Source: Felis catus (taxonomy: Eukaryota). From it: DNA of 64,000 bases. Positions 36,501-48,559 of this stretch are shown one piece after another; positions within the stretch are counted from its first letter, which is position 1, and every line of letters begins with the position of its first letter. The notes under the pieces were generated by a model. It did not search any database. It was not told where the DNA came from and worked only from the letters and a program-made list of their open reading frames with translations. The DNA is taken from the NCBI RefSeq assembly GCF_018350175.1, contig NC_058376.1, forward strand, positions 82,894,001 to 82,958,000, written 5' to 3'. Position numbers and translations under genes: made by a program.

Positions 36501-38157
36501 ACTACTACGATAGACAATATGGTTTGCTTGATGTTTATTTCTTGGTTTATTTCTCTTTAATTTTCCCTAAATCTCTTTTTTTTCAGTTTTTTTTTTATTG
36601 ACACAAAACATTGCGTTTGTTTTAGGTATATAACATAATGATTAGATATATATTGCAAAATGATTACCACACTGAGTTTAGTTAACATCCATTTAGATTC
36701 CCTATATCTCTTAATTCCCTTCCTTTTGAAAATACTCATCAGTCTTGGCTGAACTAAAAGAAAAAAAAGGGGGGGAACCAGAAGAGAAAGGGTGTGTCCC
36801 ACTGTCATGGCAGGAAAGCCTAGTGCCAAGCCAGTGGGCAGAAGGGGGAGCTGGTGGGACCCAGGCAGGGAATGAGATGGGAAGGGGTAGTTGCAACTAG
36901 AGCCCATGTTCTCCTCACGAGCCTGTGAGAGCCCCTGGGAGTGACTCCCTCATCCTACCACAGGGCCTGGAACACAGCAGGTGCCCAATAAGTGTTGGCT
37001 GACTCAAGAGCAGTGATGATGTGAGAAAAACCACTGGCTGTTAGTCAAATTGACCCTATTTTTTAATCTGTATGGGGCAGGAAGCTGGGCCATTGAGGTC
37101 CCTGCTCACCTTGGCCACCACCAAGCTGGCCTGCAGGGTGCTGTTTTTCCTCTGATCTGGCCTAAGAGGGAGGATTCAAACTCACCCTTCAGCTCAGGCT
37201 AACACTGCCCGGGTTGGAGCTGGAACATGTCAACAACTTTACCAAGGGTGGTGGTGATAGAAGGTGAGGACAGGGTGAACCCAAAGAGAAATGGCCTCGG
37301 AAAATGACACTCAGCCAGGTCAATCTGTTGCAAAGCACAGCTCAGTTGTCTTCTGCTTGTGGGCTGACTCCCTGCCCTTGGAGGCAGTGGTCTTATTTCC
37401 CCAAGCCTCAGAAGCATCTACACTCTCAGATTCGAGCTCTGGAAGGGTTAGGTTTAGAGAAACAGAAGACTTTTGCCTCCTTTCTGTTGCAAGCTTGATT
37501 CCTCAAGTTGCAGCCTCAATTTGAAGCCCAAACTAAAAGATGGCTTAGTTCACGAATTAATTCATCCATTTATTCACTCAATAAATATTTCTTGTTGAAG
37601 CCTACTATGTCCTAGAGCTGATGCTATAGCAGGAAACAAGATAGTGGTGGATCCCACCCCTCATGAAAGACATCAAACAAATTACACAATCGTTAAACTT
37701 CTTACTTGGACATAACTTCAAAACTTGTACAAAAATTGCAATAGATTTTTTTTCCTGAACTGTTTGAAAATAGGTGTACACGCTGTGCTTCTTTACCCCT
37801 AAATACTCCAATGTGTCTGTAGAACAAGGACACTCTTCCATAACCACAGAATAGTTGTCAAATTCGGGAAACTCAACTTTGAAACAATGCTACTAAACTA
37901 CAGCCATATCCCAGTTTCATGGATTGTTGCAAAAATGTTCTTCATAGATATTCTCCACCCCTATCCAATCCAGGATCACACATTGCATTTAGTTGATCGT
38001 TCTGTTTATAGCCTTCTTTTTCAAAAATTAGTTTCCCTTTCTTATCGTTTTTTACAATACTGACTTGTTAAAAAGAGTACTAGTCAGTTGTTTTGTAGAA
38101 TGTCCCTCAGTTTGGGTTTGTCTGTTGTTTTCTCGTGGTTAGATTCAGAGTATTTAC

Positions 38158-38380
38158 TTTTTATTTATTATTTTACTTTTTAAGGTTTATTTATTTTGGG
38201 AAAGAGAGAGAGTGCAAGTGGGGGAGGGGCAGAGAGAGAGGGAGCGAGAGAATCCCAAGCAGGCTCTGCACCATCAGTGCAGAGCCCGATGTGGAGCTCG
38301 AACTCATGAACTGTGAGAGCATGACCTGAGCCAAAATCAAGAGTCGGATGCTTAACTGACTGAGCCACCCAGGCACTCCC
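38158..38380 (-). mobile_element. CAN-SINE
   Basis: Reverse head ...ctgagccacccaggcactccc with a T-rich tail. Confidence 0.9.
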
Positions 38381-38714
38381 AGAATATTTATTTTTGCCAG
38401 AAATACTACAAGGTGATGTGGTGCCCTTCTCACTATATCACATCAGGATGTGCATATCAGTTTAGCATAATACACTCTAGTTCCATCCATGTTGTTGCAA
38501 ATGGCAACATTTCATTCTTNNNNNNNNNNNNNNNNNNNNNNNNNNNNNNNNNNNNNNNNNNNNNNNNNNNNNNNNNNNNNNNNNNNNNNNNNNNNNNNNN
38601 NNNNNNNNNNNNNNNNNNNNNNNNNNNNNNNNNNNNNNNNNNNNNNNNNNNNNNNNNTTGATAGTGCTGCTATAAACATTGGGGTGCATGTGTCCCTTCG
38701 AAACAGCACACCTG

Positions 38715-38939
38715 GGGCGCCTGGGTGGCTCAGTCGGTTGAGCGTCCGACTTCGGCCCAGGTCATGATCTCACATCTGTGAGTTCAAGCCCCGCGTCGGG
38801 CTCTGTACTGACAGCTCGGAGCCTGGAGCCTGTTTCAGATTCTGTGTCTCCCTCTCTCTCTGACCCTCCCGCATTCATGCTCTGTCTCTCTCTGTCTCAA
38901 AAATAAATAAATGTTAAAAAAAAATTAAAAAAAAAAAAA
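38715..38939 (+). mobile_element. Feliform CAN-SINE nested in the inverted L1 arm
   Basis: TSD GAAACAGCACACCTG at 38700-38714 and 38940-38954. Confidence 0.92.
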
Positions 38940-39324
38940 GAAACAGCACACCTGTATCCCTTGGATAAATACCTAGTAGTGCAATTGCTGGGTCACAGCA
39001 ATTAAAATTAAAATTACTTTTAATTTTTTGAGGAACCTCCCTGTTTTCCAGAGTGGCTGCACCAGTTTGCATTCCCACCTGCAGTGCAAAAGTTCCCCTT
39101 TCTCCACATCTTGGCCAACATCTGTTATTTCTTGAGTTAATTTTAGCCATTCTGCCAGGTGTGAGGTGGTACCTCAGTGTGGTTCTGATTTGTATTTCTC
39201 TGATGGTAAGTGATGTTGAACATCTTTTCATGTGTCTGTTAGCCATGATGAACATAGGGGAAGGGAAGGAAAAATAAGATAAAAACAGAGAGGGAGGCAA
39301 ACCACAAGAGACTCTCAAATACAG

Positions 39325-39536
39325 AGGTGCATGGATGGCTCACTCGGTTAAGCTGGGACTTGGCTCAGGCCATGATCTTGCAGTTCATGGGTTTGAGCCC
39401 CACATCCGGCTTCGTGCTGACAGTTTGGAGCCTGCTTGGGATTTTCTGTCTCCCTCTCTTTCTCTGCCCCTCCCCCATTTGTGTGCATGTGCACGTTCCC
39501 TCTCTCTCTGTCTCAAATAAATAAAACTTAAAAAAA
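39325..39536 (+). mobile_element. CAN-SINE nested in the L1 sense arm
   Basis: SINE body with (CT) region and A tail; TSD AAATACAGAG. Confidence 0.85.
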
Positions 39537-39543
39537 GAGAGAG

Positions 39544-39752
39544 GGGGGTGCCTGGGTGGCTCAGTAGGTTAAGCGTCTGACTTTGGGTCAGGTAATGATC
39601 TCACAGTCCATGAGTTCGAGCTTCGCATCGGCTCTGTGACGACAGCTCAGAGCCTGAAACCTGCTTCTGATTCTGTGTCTCCCTCTCTCTCTGCCCCTCC
39701 CCCACTCATGCTCTGTCTCTCTCTCTTTCAAAAATAAAATAAAAACATTAAA
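39544..39752 (+). mobile_element. Feliform CAN-SINE inserted in the tail of the preceding SINE
   Basis: ggggggtgcctgggtggctcagtagg...A tail. Confidence 0.88.
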
Positions 39753-40026
39753 GAGAGAGAGACACTTAAATACAGAGAACAAACAGGGCTGTTGGAAGGG
39801 AGGTGGGTGGAGGTATGGGCTAAATGCGTGATGGGCATTAAGGAAGGCACTTGCTGGGATGTGCACTGGGTGTTATACGTAAGTGAATCACTGGGTTCTC
39901 CTCCTGAAACCAATACTACACTGTATGTTAACTAACTTGAACTTAAATAAATAAATTTTTTACAAAGGATGTGCGTATCAGTTACCTTTACTGGTGATAT
40001 TAACTTTGATCATTTGCTTAAGGTGG

Positions 40027-40400
40027 TGTATTAGGGTTTTCCAGAGAAGGAAAACCAAGAGGAGATATATCTATATCTTCTATAATGTATGTATATTTAC
40101 ATTTGTATGACTTATTTATTATAAGGAATTAGTTCACCCAATTTTGGAGGCAAGAAAGTTCAAATGTGCCCCGAGGGCTGGCAGACTGGAGACCCAGGAG
40201 AGCTGATGGTGGGGATGAAGTCTGAAGGCAGTCTGCTGGAGAATCCCCTCTTGCTGGAAAGGCTGGTCTTTTTGTTAAATTCAAGCTTTTGGATGAGGCT
40301 CACTCACGTTATGGAAGGCAGTCGAGTTACTTACAGTTCACCAATTTAAATATTAATCACATCAAAAACCATCTCCAAGTTGACACATGAAATGGTCACA
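40027..40400 (-). mobile_element. ERVL MLT2-family solo LTR
   Basis: tgtattagggttttccagagaagg...tataaggaattagttcac...ggagacccaggagagctgatgg...aagttgacacatgaaat. Confidence 0.8.
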
Positions 40401-40702
40401 AGTATTAATGTTCCAATTAATATTTTATGTCAGTTTTATTGAGGTATAATTTACATCCAATAAAATTCATTTTTTATTGTGGTAAAGTACATATAAATAA
40501 AATTTACCATTAGTGATATTTCCTACATTCACAATGTTGTGCCTCCATCACTGCTATCTAGTTCCAGAACATTTTTTATCACTCCAAAAGGAAACCCCAT
40601 ACCCATCAGTCACTTTCCATTTCTGCCTCCTCTCTGTCCCCGGAAACTACTAATGTGCTTTCTGCTCTCTAGACTTACCTATTCTGGATATTCCATATAA
40701 AT

Positions 40703-40899
40703 ATTTATTTATTTTTTAACATTTATTTATTATTTTTGAGAGACAGAGACAGAGCGGGAGCGGGAAAGGGGCAGAGAGAGAGAGGGAGAAAGCTCTGTGA
40801 GCTGTCAGTACACAGCCTGATGTAGGGCTTGAACCCATGAGCCGTGAGATCATGACCTGAGCTGAAGTCACTTAACCAATTGAGCCACCCAGGCACCCC
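40703..40899 (-). mobile_element. CAN-SINE
   Basis: Reverse SINE head and T-rich tail; gatattccatataaat repeated on both flanks. Confidence 0.88.
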
Positions 40900-41389
40900 G
40901 ATATTCCATATAAATAGAATCATATAATACAGCGCCTTTTTGTCTGACTTCTTTCACTTAACATAATATTTCCAAGGTTCACCTATGCTGTAGCATGCAT
41001 CGATCAGTCCTTCATTCCTGTTTATGGCTGAATAATATTCCGTTGTAATGATATTCATGTTTTATTCATCCAATCCTCAGTTGATGGACACTTGGGTCTT
41101 TTCCAACTTTCGGCTATTGTGAACAGAGCTGCTACAAACCTTTGTGTACAAGTTTTTGTTTGAACACCTGTTTTCTATTTTCAGTTCTTCTGGGTACATA
41201 CCCAGAAGTAGATTTGCTGAGTCATATGGTAATTCCATGTTTAATTTATTGAGGTTTTTCACACCAGCTGAATAATTTTGCATTCCTACCAGCAATGTAC
41301 AAAGTTTCCAGTTTCTCCACATCCTTGCCAACGCAAATCAAAACCTCAATTTATTGTGGGTTTGGTTTTTTTTTTGCTTTGTTGTTGTT

Positions 41390-41524
41390 GTTGTTTGTTT
41401 GTTTAAATAGGCTTCTCCAGCGTGGAGCCCACTGTAGGGCTTGAACTCACAACCCCAAGGTTAAGACCACCTAAGCTAAGATCAAGAGTCGAATGCTTAA
41501 CTAACTAAACCATCTAGGCACCCC
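41390..41524 (-). mobile_element. Short CAN-SINE
   Basis: gatcaagagtcgaatgcttaac...ctaggcacccc. Confidence 0.75.
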
Positions 41525-41679
41525 TTACTGTTTTTTCCTTTTTATGGATCATGTTTTCGGTATTATGTTAAGAACTCTTCACCAAGCCCTTGATCCCAAA
41601 GATTTTCTCCTATGCTAGCTTATAAACATTGTATAGTTTTGCAGTTTTACATTTCATTTATTTTTTAATTCTTTGTTTG

Positions 41680-41895
41680 GGTGTGTATTTATTTTAATGA
41701 TTATTTACTTTGAGAGAGACAATGTGTGCGTAAGCAGGGAAAGGGCAGAGAGAGGAAGAGAGAGAATCCCAAGCAGGCTCTGCATTGTCATCACAGAGCA
41801 CAACACGGGGCTCAATCTCACAGAATCATGAGATCATGAGCTGAGCCAAACTCAAGAGTCAGACGCATAACCAACTGAGTCACCCAGGTGCCCCC
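41680..41895 (-). mobile_element. CAN-SINE
   Basis: aatcccaagcaggctctgc...ctgagtcacccaggtgccccc. Confidence 0.88.
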
Positions 41896-42479
41896 AGTTA
41901 TACATTTTAATCTTTGATCCATTTGAAATAACTTTTTATAAGGTGTAAGGTTTAAGTCAAGATTTTAATTTTCATTTTTGGTCTATGGATATCCAATTGC
42001 TTCTGCTTGTTAAAAAGGCTGTCTTTCCCATGTTGAATTACTTTTGCATCTTTGTCAAAAATCAGTTGGCTCTATTTGTGTGGAGCTAATTCTGAGTTCT
42101 CTGTTCTGCTTCATTAGCCTATATGGCTGTCCCTCTAATGATACCAGTCTTGATTTTTCTAGATATATAATAAGTCATGAAATTGTGTTGACTGATTCCT
42201 CCCACTTTATTCTTATTTTCAAAGTTCTTTTAGTTATCCCAGTTCCTTTGCTTTTCCATCTAAATTTTAGAATAATCTTATCTGTATCTACAAAACATCT
42301 TGCTGGGATATTGAGAAGAATTGCATTAAACCTGTATATCTTTGTGGGGAGAATTAACATCTTTACTATATTGACTCTCCCAATCCCAAACACAGTACGT
42401 TTCTTGATTTGTTTAGATCTCATTTATTTATAGATTTTTAAACTATAATCATGATAATGGCTGCAAGAAAGTACATGCT

Positions 42480-42850
42480 TCTGTACAATTGTCATGATAA
42501 GGGAACTTGACCTTATCCTGGGGGAAGGGTCAAAGATAGCTACTCTGAACATTGACACTTGAAGCAATAAGAATTAGCTAGATAAAGAGGATGGAGGGAA
42601 GGTTCCCAGAAGGAGGTACAGTGTGTGCAGAGGCCATGAGTTGGGAGAAAGCTTGGAGCCTTACAGGGAATAAAAGAAAGTTTCTGTAGTTGGTAACCTG
42701 AATGCATGCAGGGAGTGAAGAGTTTGGAGAGGTCAGTAGTAACTGGGTTGGTTATTCAGAACCTTGTTAAGGATCTTCAAATTTGCTTGAAAACTAGTGG
42801 AAAGCCATCAGAGGGGTTTTAATCAGGGAATGATGAGATCACACAGGGTT
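42480..42850 (-). mobile_element. L2 fragment
   Basis: gaacattgacacttgaagc...ggaaagccatcagaggggttttaatcagggaatgatgagatc. Confidence 0.55.
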
Positions 42851-42959
42851 TATTTCAACTTAATCATTGAATTAATTTTTGTATCTTTACTTTTTAAAAT
42901 TGTGGTAAAATATACGTAACATAAAATTTACCTTCATAACCATTTTTTAAAGGAAAGTA

Positions 42960-43168
42960 TTTTTTAAGTTTATTTTTATTTATTTTGAGAGACAGAGAGC
43001 AAGCAGGGGAGGGGCAGAGAGAGAGGGAGACAGAATCCCAAGCAGGCTCCACACTGTCAGCGAGTCGCCTGGTAAGTGAGGAGCCCAAGTGGGGGCTCGA
43101 ACTCACACTGTGAGATCATGACCTGAGCCGAAGTTGGACGTTTAACCAACTGAGCCACCAGGCACCTC
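42960..43168 (-). mobile_element. CAN-SINE
   Basis: gagatcatgacctgagccgaagttggacg...gagccaccaggcacc. Confidence 0.85.
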
Positions 43169-43426
43169 TAAATATAAAAGTTTTGTAGTAGAAAAGTTTT
43201 TTATTCAACTGAAACCACAAGTGGAGAAAAAAATAAAATTCAGTACATGGAACACATAACACAAGAAGGCAGAACAAAGTCATAAAATAACAGAAATAAT
43301 TATAAATGAGTTAAAAATTAAAAGATAAGGACTCTCACAAAAAAAAACCTCTCAAATTGAATAAAGAACAAAACCCAACAACATGTCTTTGAAAGATAAA
43401 CATAAAAGTTGAAAATGAAAGGGTGA

Positions 43427-43659
43427 GGGGGCGCCTGGGTGGCTCAGTCGGTTAAGTGTCCGACTTCGGTTCAGGTCATGACCTCGTGGTTTGTAAGTTC
43501 TAACCCCGCGGTCGGGCTCTGTGCTGACAGCTCAGAGCCTGGAGCCCGCTTTGGATTCTGTTGTCTTCCTCTCTCTCTGCCCCTCCCCTGCTCATGCTCT
43601 GTCTCTCTCTGTCTCTCAATAATAAGTGTTTAAAAAAATAAAAAATAAAAAAATAAAAA
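43427..43659 (+). mobile_element. Feliform CAN-SINE
   Basis: gggggcgcctgggtggctcagtcggttaag...gctcagagcctggag. Confidence 0.9.
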
Positions 43660-44137
43660 GGAGGAAGGACTATAAAAGATCTAAAATATATATAATAAGT
43701 TTAGAGATATTTATTTAACAAATACTAGATCACATTTACTATTAGTCAGGAATGAGTCTAACACTTTACAAATATTAGCTTGTTTAATCCTTACAACAAT
43801 TCTAAAAGGTAGATAGTATTGTTATTATTCCCATTTATTAAGGAATCTGTGGCATGGAAATTAAATAAAGTTTGTCTGAGTTTATACTTTTATTAACCTA
43901 TAGAGCAAGGTTTAAAACTTGGCAGTCTGACTCCAAAGCCTATGCTCTGAACCATCATGTTCTGCTTCAGGGAACCCTCTCTTCATGTACATTCAAAAGA
44001 TTTACAAATACAGGTCATGTATTAGGTCACAAAGAAAGACCAAAATTCATTCCAATGAATGGAATATCATGTTTCCTAACCACAATGCACTACAGCTAAA
44101 AACAATACAAGAATAACTTTAAAAATACCATAAATAG

Positions 44138-44340
44138 AGGCATCTGGGTGGTTCAGTTGGTTGAGCATCCAACTCTTGGTTTCAGCTCAGGTCATGATCT
44201 TATGGTTTATGAGTTCGGCACCCTAGTCAGGCTTGGCACTGACAGCACAGAGCCTGCTTGGGATTCTCTTTCCCTCTCTCTCTGCCCCATCCCCGTTCAT
44301 GCTCTCTCTCACTCAAAATATATAAACAAACTTTTAAAAT
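44138..44340 (+). mobile_element. CAN-SINE
   Basis: aggcatctgggtggttcagttggttgagc...A-rich tail. Confidence 0.88.
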
Positions 44341-44359
44341 AGTTAAATAAATAATTTAA

Positions 44360-44557
44360 AATTTTTTTCATTTTTATTTTTGAGAGAGACAGAGTGTGAG
44401 CAGGGGAGGGGCAGAGAGGGAGATAGACACAGAATCTGAAGCAGGCTCCAGGCTCTGAGCTGTCAGCACGGAACCCAACGCGGGGCTTGAACCCACGAAC
44501 CGCGAGATCATGACCTGAGCTGAAGTTGAACACTTAACTGAGTCACCCAGGAGCCTC
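44360..44557 (-). mobile_element. Feliform CAN-SINE, tail-to-tail with the previous copy
   Basis: gcaggctccaggctctgagc...gagtcacccaggagcctc; TSD taaataaataatttaaaa. Confidence 0.9.
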
Positions 44558-44639
44558 TTAAATAAATAATTTAAAAAATACCATAAGTAACCACTACACA
44601 CCTTTTAGAATGGATAAAACCCCCATGCTGATAATTCCA

Positions 44640-44775
44640 TATTATGCAGCCATAAAAAAGGGTAAGGTCTTGCCCTCTGTGACAATACGAATGGACCTAG
44701 CAGCTATTATGCCAAGTGAAATAAACCAGACTGAGAAAGACAAAAACTGTATGTTTCTATTCATAAGTGGAATCT

Positions 44776-44810
<35 letters not shown>

Positions 44811-45110
44811 AATAAAAAAAACAAAAAACAGAATCAGACCTATAAATACTGAGAACAAACTGATAGTTGTCAGAGGTGAGTGGGGCAGGGGGCTGGGCAA
44901 AATGGGTGAAGGGGAGACGGAGATACAGGCTTCCATTTATAGAATGAGTAAGTCACTGGAATAAAAGGCATAGCATAAGGAATACACTGGATGATATTGT
45001 AATAGTGTGATCATGATATAATGGACAGATAGTAGCTACACTTGTGGTGAACATAGCACAATGTATAAACTTGTCAATCACTAAGTTGTATATCTGAAAC
45101 TAACATTACA
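44640..45110 (+). mobile_element. Carnivore L1 3' end fragment nested in an older L1
   Basis: gacaatacgaatggacctag...gagaaagacaaaaactgtatg...tgtcaatcactaagttgtatatctgaaactaac pattern; (CA)n at 44777-44808. Confidence 0.7.
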
Positions 45111-45756
45111 TGGTGTGTCAACAATACTAAAACAAACAAAATGAACAAAAAAACCCTGAATTCCAATTGCTGATAGGAATGTAAAGCAAGAGGAACTGTC
45201 ATTGTTGGCAGGAATGTAAAATGGTACAGCCACTTTGGAAGACAAGTTGGCAGTTTTCTTACAAAGCTAGACATAGTTTTACCCCACAGTCCAGCAACCA
45301 CACTTCTAGGTATTTACTCAGCTGATCTAAAAACTAATGTCCACACAAAAACCAGCACAGAAATGTTTATAGCACCTTTATTCATAATCACCAAAACCCA
45401 AAAGCAACCAAGATGTCCTTTCAATAGGTGAACAGATGAACAAACTGTGATACATCATACAATGTAATACCATTCAGCAATAAAAAGGAATGAGCTATTA
45501 AGCAACACAAAGACAGAGACTAATTTTAAATGCATATTGCTAAGTGAAAGAAGACAGTCTGAAAGGCTACAGAGTATATGATTGCATTTATAGGATATTT
45601 TGGCATAGGCAAAACTACAGAGTTGATATATTAGTGACTGACAGGGTTTGTGGGGGGGGGTGTGGAGGGTGCAGTGAGGGTTGAATAGGTGAAATGCAGA
45701 GGTTTTTTGTTGTTTTTTTTTTTTTGGAGGTGGGAACAGAGAAGTTATTTTGAAGA

Positions 45757-45856
45757 TTTTATTTTTAATTAATCTCTACACCCAACATAGGGCTCGAACT
45801 CACAACCTTGAGATCAAGAGTTGCATGCTCCACCAACTGAGCCAGCCAGGTGGCCC
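45757..45856 (-). mobile_element. Short CAN-SINE
   Basis: gagatcaagagttgcatgctccaccaactgagccagccaggtggccc. Confidence 0.8.
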
Positions 45857-46403
45857 TGGACCTTGAAATTATTTTGTATGATACTGTGATAGTAGATACA
45901 TGACACTCTGCATCTGCCAAAACCCATAGATTTTACAGCACAGTGAACCTTAATGTATGCAAACTTTAAAAGTCATTTAGGAGATTGGGGGATCCCAGGA
46001 TGAAATGAAGAATGTGACAAAAGATCTAATTGTATTACAAATGCATGAAACACCCTCACTGGAGGAGGGGAGCAGGGGAATGGTGCTAACCTAAGTTACT
46101 TTGGAAATGAAAATGAGTAGCCTAAGACTAAAGGTAAATGAATGATCCATAAATACCATACTCTAGTTGATAAAGTTGTTTGCCTTAGAGAAATGTGTTA
46201 CCAAATTTGAAAGTAGCATACATGTATACTGGTTTTGACCAATTAAGTCAATGGGTGGTGGATAGTGGGAATCAGGTTTCTTACTATTGCAGTGGGAGGT
46301 TATAGACAAGAGAGAGGAGCAAGCTAGAATGACCCATGTGGTAATGGATTAGATGGAGACATCATCTAAGTAGGAAATTGTTTAGCTTAATACAAATACA
46401 GAT

Positions 46404-46404
<1 letters not shown>

Positions 46405-46442
<38 letters not shown>
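46405..46442. repeat. (AT)n microsatellite
   Basis: Direct read. Confidence 0.9.
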
Positions 46443-46443
<1 letters not shown>

Positions 46444-46488
46444 TACTTGTTAGTTATATAATTATCTATATCAAAAAAGAAATAGAAC

Positions 46489-47187
46489 TGAAGGGGAGCA
46501 GAATATGCCATCCCCAAAAGGTGCCACTTTGACATGTGGATTATTTTGAACAGAAGGCAATCAAGACCCAGCAGACTCGATAAAAACTTTGACCTCTCCC
46601 TTGACTGCCTAAAAGAATTTGGGTAGGGGGCTTGGCTCAGAAAGAGAGCTATTGCCAGAGAGAACTTTTTGTCAGAAAGACTTACCTACACGGCAGGGCA
46701 AAATCTGATTATCAAACATTGGCTCTTCTTTAAAAAAAAAAAAAAAGTTTATTTAGAGAGAGAGAGAAGGAGAGAGAGAGAGAGAGAGTATGGGGGAGTG
46801 GCAGAGAGAGAATCCCAAGCAGGGTCCCTATTGTCAGTGGAGAGCTGGACCTGGGGCTCAATCCCATGAACCATGAGATCATGACCTGAGCCAAGGTCAA
46901 GAGTCAGATGCTCAACTGACTGAGCCAACAAGGTGCCCCTGCTCATCTTATCTTCCTATGAATTACCCTCCTCCCCTTGGAGCCCCAGACCCCTATCCCA
47001 TTCTTTAGCTCAGGATGGCATGTAAGCCTCAACTGCCTAAGTGCCTTTGGGTCTCATATTCTTATGGACCTTCCATATGTATGAAATTAAATTTGTTTTC
47101 CTCCTATTAATTTGTCTTATGTCAGTTTAATTATTAGACCATCCAAAGAATCTAGAAGGGTAGAATGAAAAATTTTCCTCCCCAACA
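46489..47187 (+). mobile_element. ERV1 MER34-like solo LTR with an internal SINE
   Basis: TGAAGGGGAGCAGAATATGCCATCCCCAAAAGGTGCCACTTTG...ATTAAATTTGTTTT...TTCCTCCCCAACA; TG...CA ends, flanks GAAC/GAAT. Confidence 0.7.
46728..46939 (-). mobile_element. CAN-SINE inside the MER34-like LTR
   Basis: aatcccaagcagggtcc...ctgagccaacaaggtgcccct. Confidence 0.85.
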
Positions 47188-47189
47188 GA

Positions 47190-47569
47190 ATCAACAAACT
47201 ATTGCAACTGGTGAGAAAATTCAGCAAAAGGCCCAGATATAAGATCAATCTACAAAAATCAGTAACCCATCTCTACATCAGCTATAGCCAACTAAAAAAC
47301 ATAGCAAAAAAGATGTCTTTCACAATAATGGCAAAAACTATAAAGTGTCTAGGAACTTACTTAACCAAGACTATCTGAGACCTCTGTGAAGAAAACTTTA
47401 AAACTCAAAGGACAGAGGGGACGCCTGGGTGGCTCAGTCGGTTAAGTGTCCGACTTTGGCTCAGGTCATGATCTCGCCATTCATGAGTTCGAGCCCTGTG
47501 TCGGGCTCTGTGCTGACAGCTTGGAGCCTGGAGCCTGTTTCGGATTCTGTGTCTCCCTCTCTCTCTGGC

Positions 47570-47620
<51 letters not shown>

Positions 47621-48240
47621 AAGTAAATAAACATTAAAAAAATAAATAAAACTCAAAGGACAGAGAATAGCTGTGAAAATAACTGGAAAGATATTCCACT
47701 GTCTTGGACGGAATGGCTTAATAACTAACAATGTTAGTTTTCCCCCAGTTAATCTATACATTCAATGCAATCCTAATTGAAATCCATGAGGATTTTCTGA
47801 AACATTATAAACTTACTCCACTATTCATACAGAGAAATAAATTTTCCAAATTAGTAAGTCTATATATATATATATATGAAGATAAAGAGTAGGGCTTACT
47901 CTACCAGGTTACAAAACCACAGTAATTAAAACAGAATGGTACTGTTTCAAGAACAAATAGGCCAATAGAGAACCTGGCCCGTGTATATAATATAAATAAG
48001 AACACAATATGCAATAAACGTGGCACGAACATTACTGAAGAAAGGATCGGTTGTTTAGTAGATAATACTAGAAAAACTGTCTCACTACATGGAAAAAGAT
48101 GAAAACCATGTTCCTATATAGCAACACATACAAGAGTGAATTCTAGATGGATTAAACTTAAATAAGAAAAACAAAATTATACAATTATTAGAAAAATAAT
48201 GTTGTAGAAAATCTCTGTCACCTAGGGGTAGTGGGCAAGA
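47190..48240 (+). mobile_element. Degenerate L1 ORF2 (RT region) fragment
   Basis: ggaaagatattccactgtcttggacggaatgg...ttaatctatacattcaatgcaatcc corresponds to the WKDIPCSWIGR...IYRFNAIP motif, with frameshifts. Confidence 0.75.
47417..47648 (+). mobile_element. Feliform CAN-SINE
   Basis: 17-bp TSD AAACTCAAAGGACAGAG at 47401-47417 and 47649-47665. Confidence 0.92.
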
Positions 48241-48250
48241 ACTCAAATCC

Positions 48251-48443
48251 TTTAATGTTTATTTTTGAGAGAGACAGAGAGAGCCCAAGTGGGAGAGGGA
48301 CACAGAGAGAGAGGGACAGAGGGTCTGAAGCTGGCTCTGCACTGACAGCAGAGAGCCCGATGCGGGGCTCAAACTTATGAGCTGCAAGATCATGACCCAA
48401 GCTGAAGTCGGACACATAACCAACTGAGGCACCCAGGAGCCCC
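48251..48443 (-). mobile_element. CAN-SINE
   Basis: gatcatgacccaagctgaagtcggac...gaggcacccaggagcccc. Confidence 0.85.
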
Positions 48444-48559
48444 AGAACTCGAACCTTTTAAAAGAATAAATCATTTTTGCAAAACATTGATGATTTTGCT
48501 TGCTTGCTTGTTTTATTTATTTGTTTATTATTTATTGCTACTTATTTGAGTATAACTGA

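Larger units (their letters stand above)
38463..39965 (+). mobile_element. 5'-inverted (twin-primed) carnivore L1 with three nested SINEs
   Basis: Minus-oriented ORF2 end/3' UTR arm 38463-39245 ([30 protein letters not shown]) joined to a sense 3' UTR arm 39246-39955. TSD AGGATGTGC(A/G)TATCAGTT at 38445-38462 and 39966-39983. Confidence 0.85.
40420..42430 (-). mobile_element. Old L1M fragments (ORF2 and 3' end) interrupted by SINEs
   Basis: ORF 42175-42423 gives VNIVKMLILPTKIYRFNAILLNIP...IILKFRWKSK, a degenerate L1 ORF2; typical reversed L1 3' region at 40420-41340. Confidence 0.75.
45140..46480 (+). mobile_element. Old L1M 3' region fragments
   Basis: aaaatggtacagccactttggaagac...aatgtccacacaaaaacc...aagcaaccaagatgtccttcaataggtgaa typical of the L1MB/L1MC 3' region. 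Confidence 0.65.

Noticed and set aside
38914-39318. 134-aa ORF with L1 ORF2 similarity
   Set aside because: Fragment of a truncated, inverted, SINE-interrupted L1; not a functional gene.
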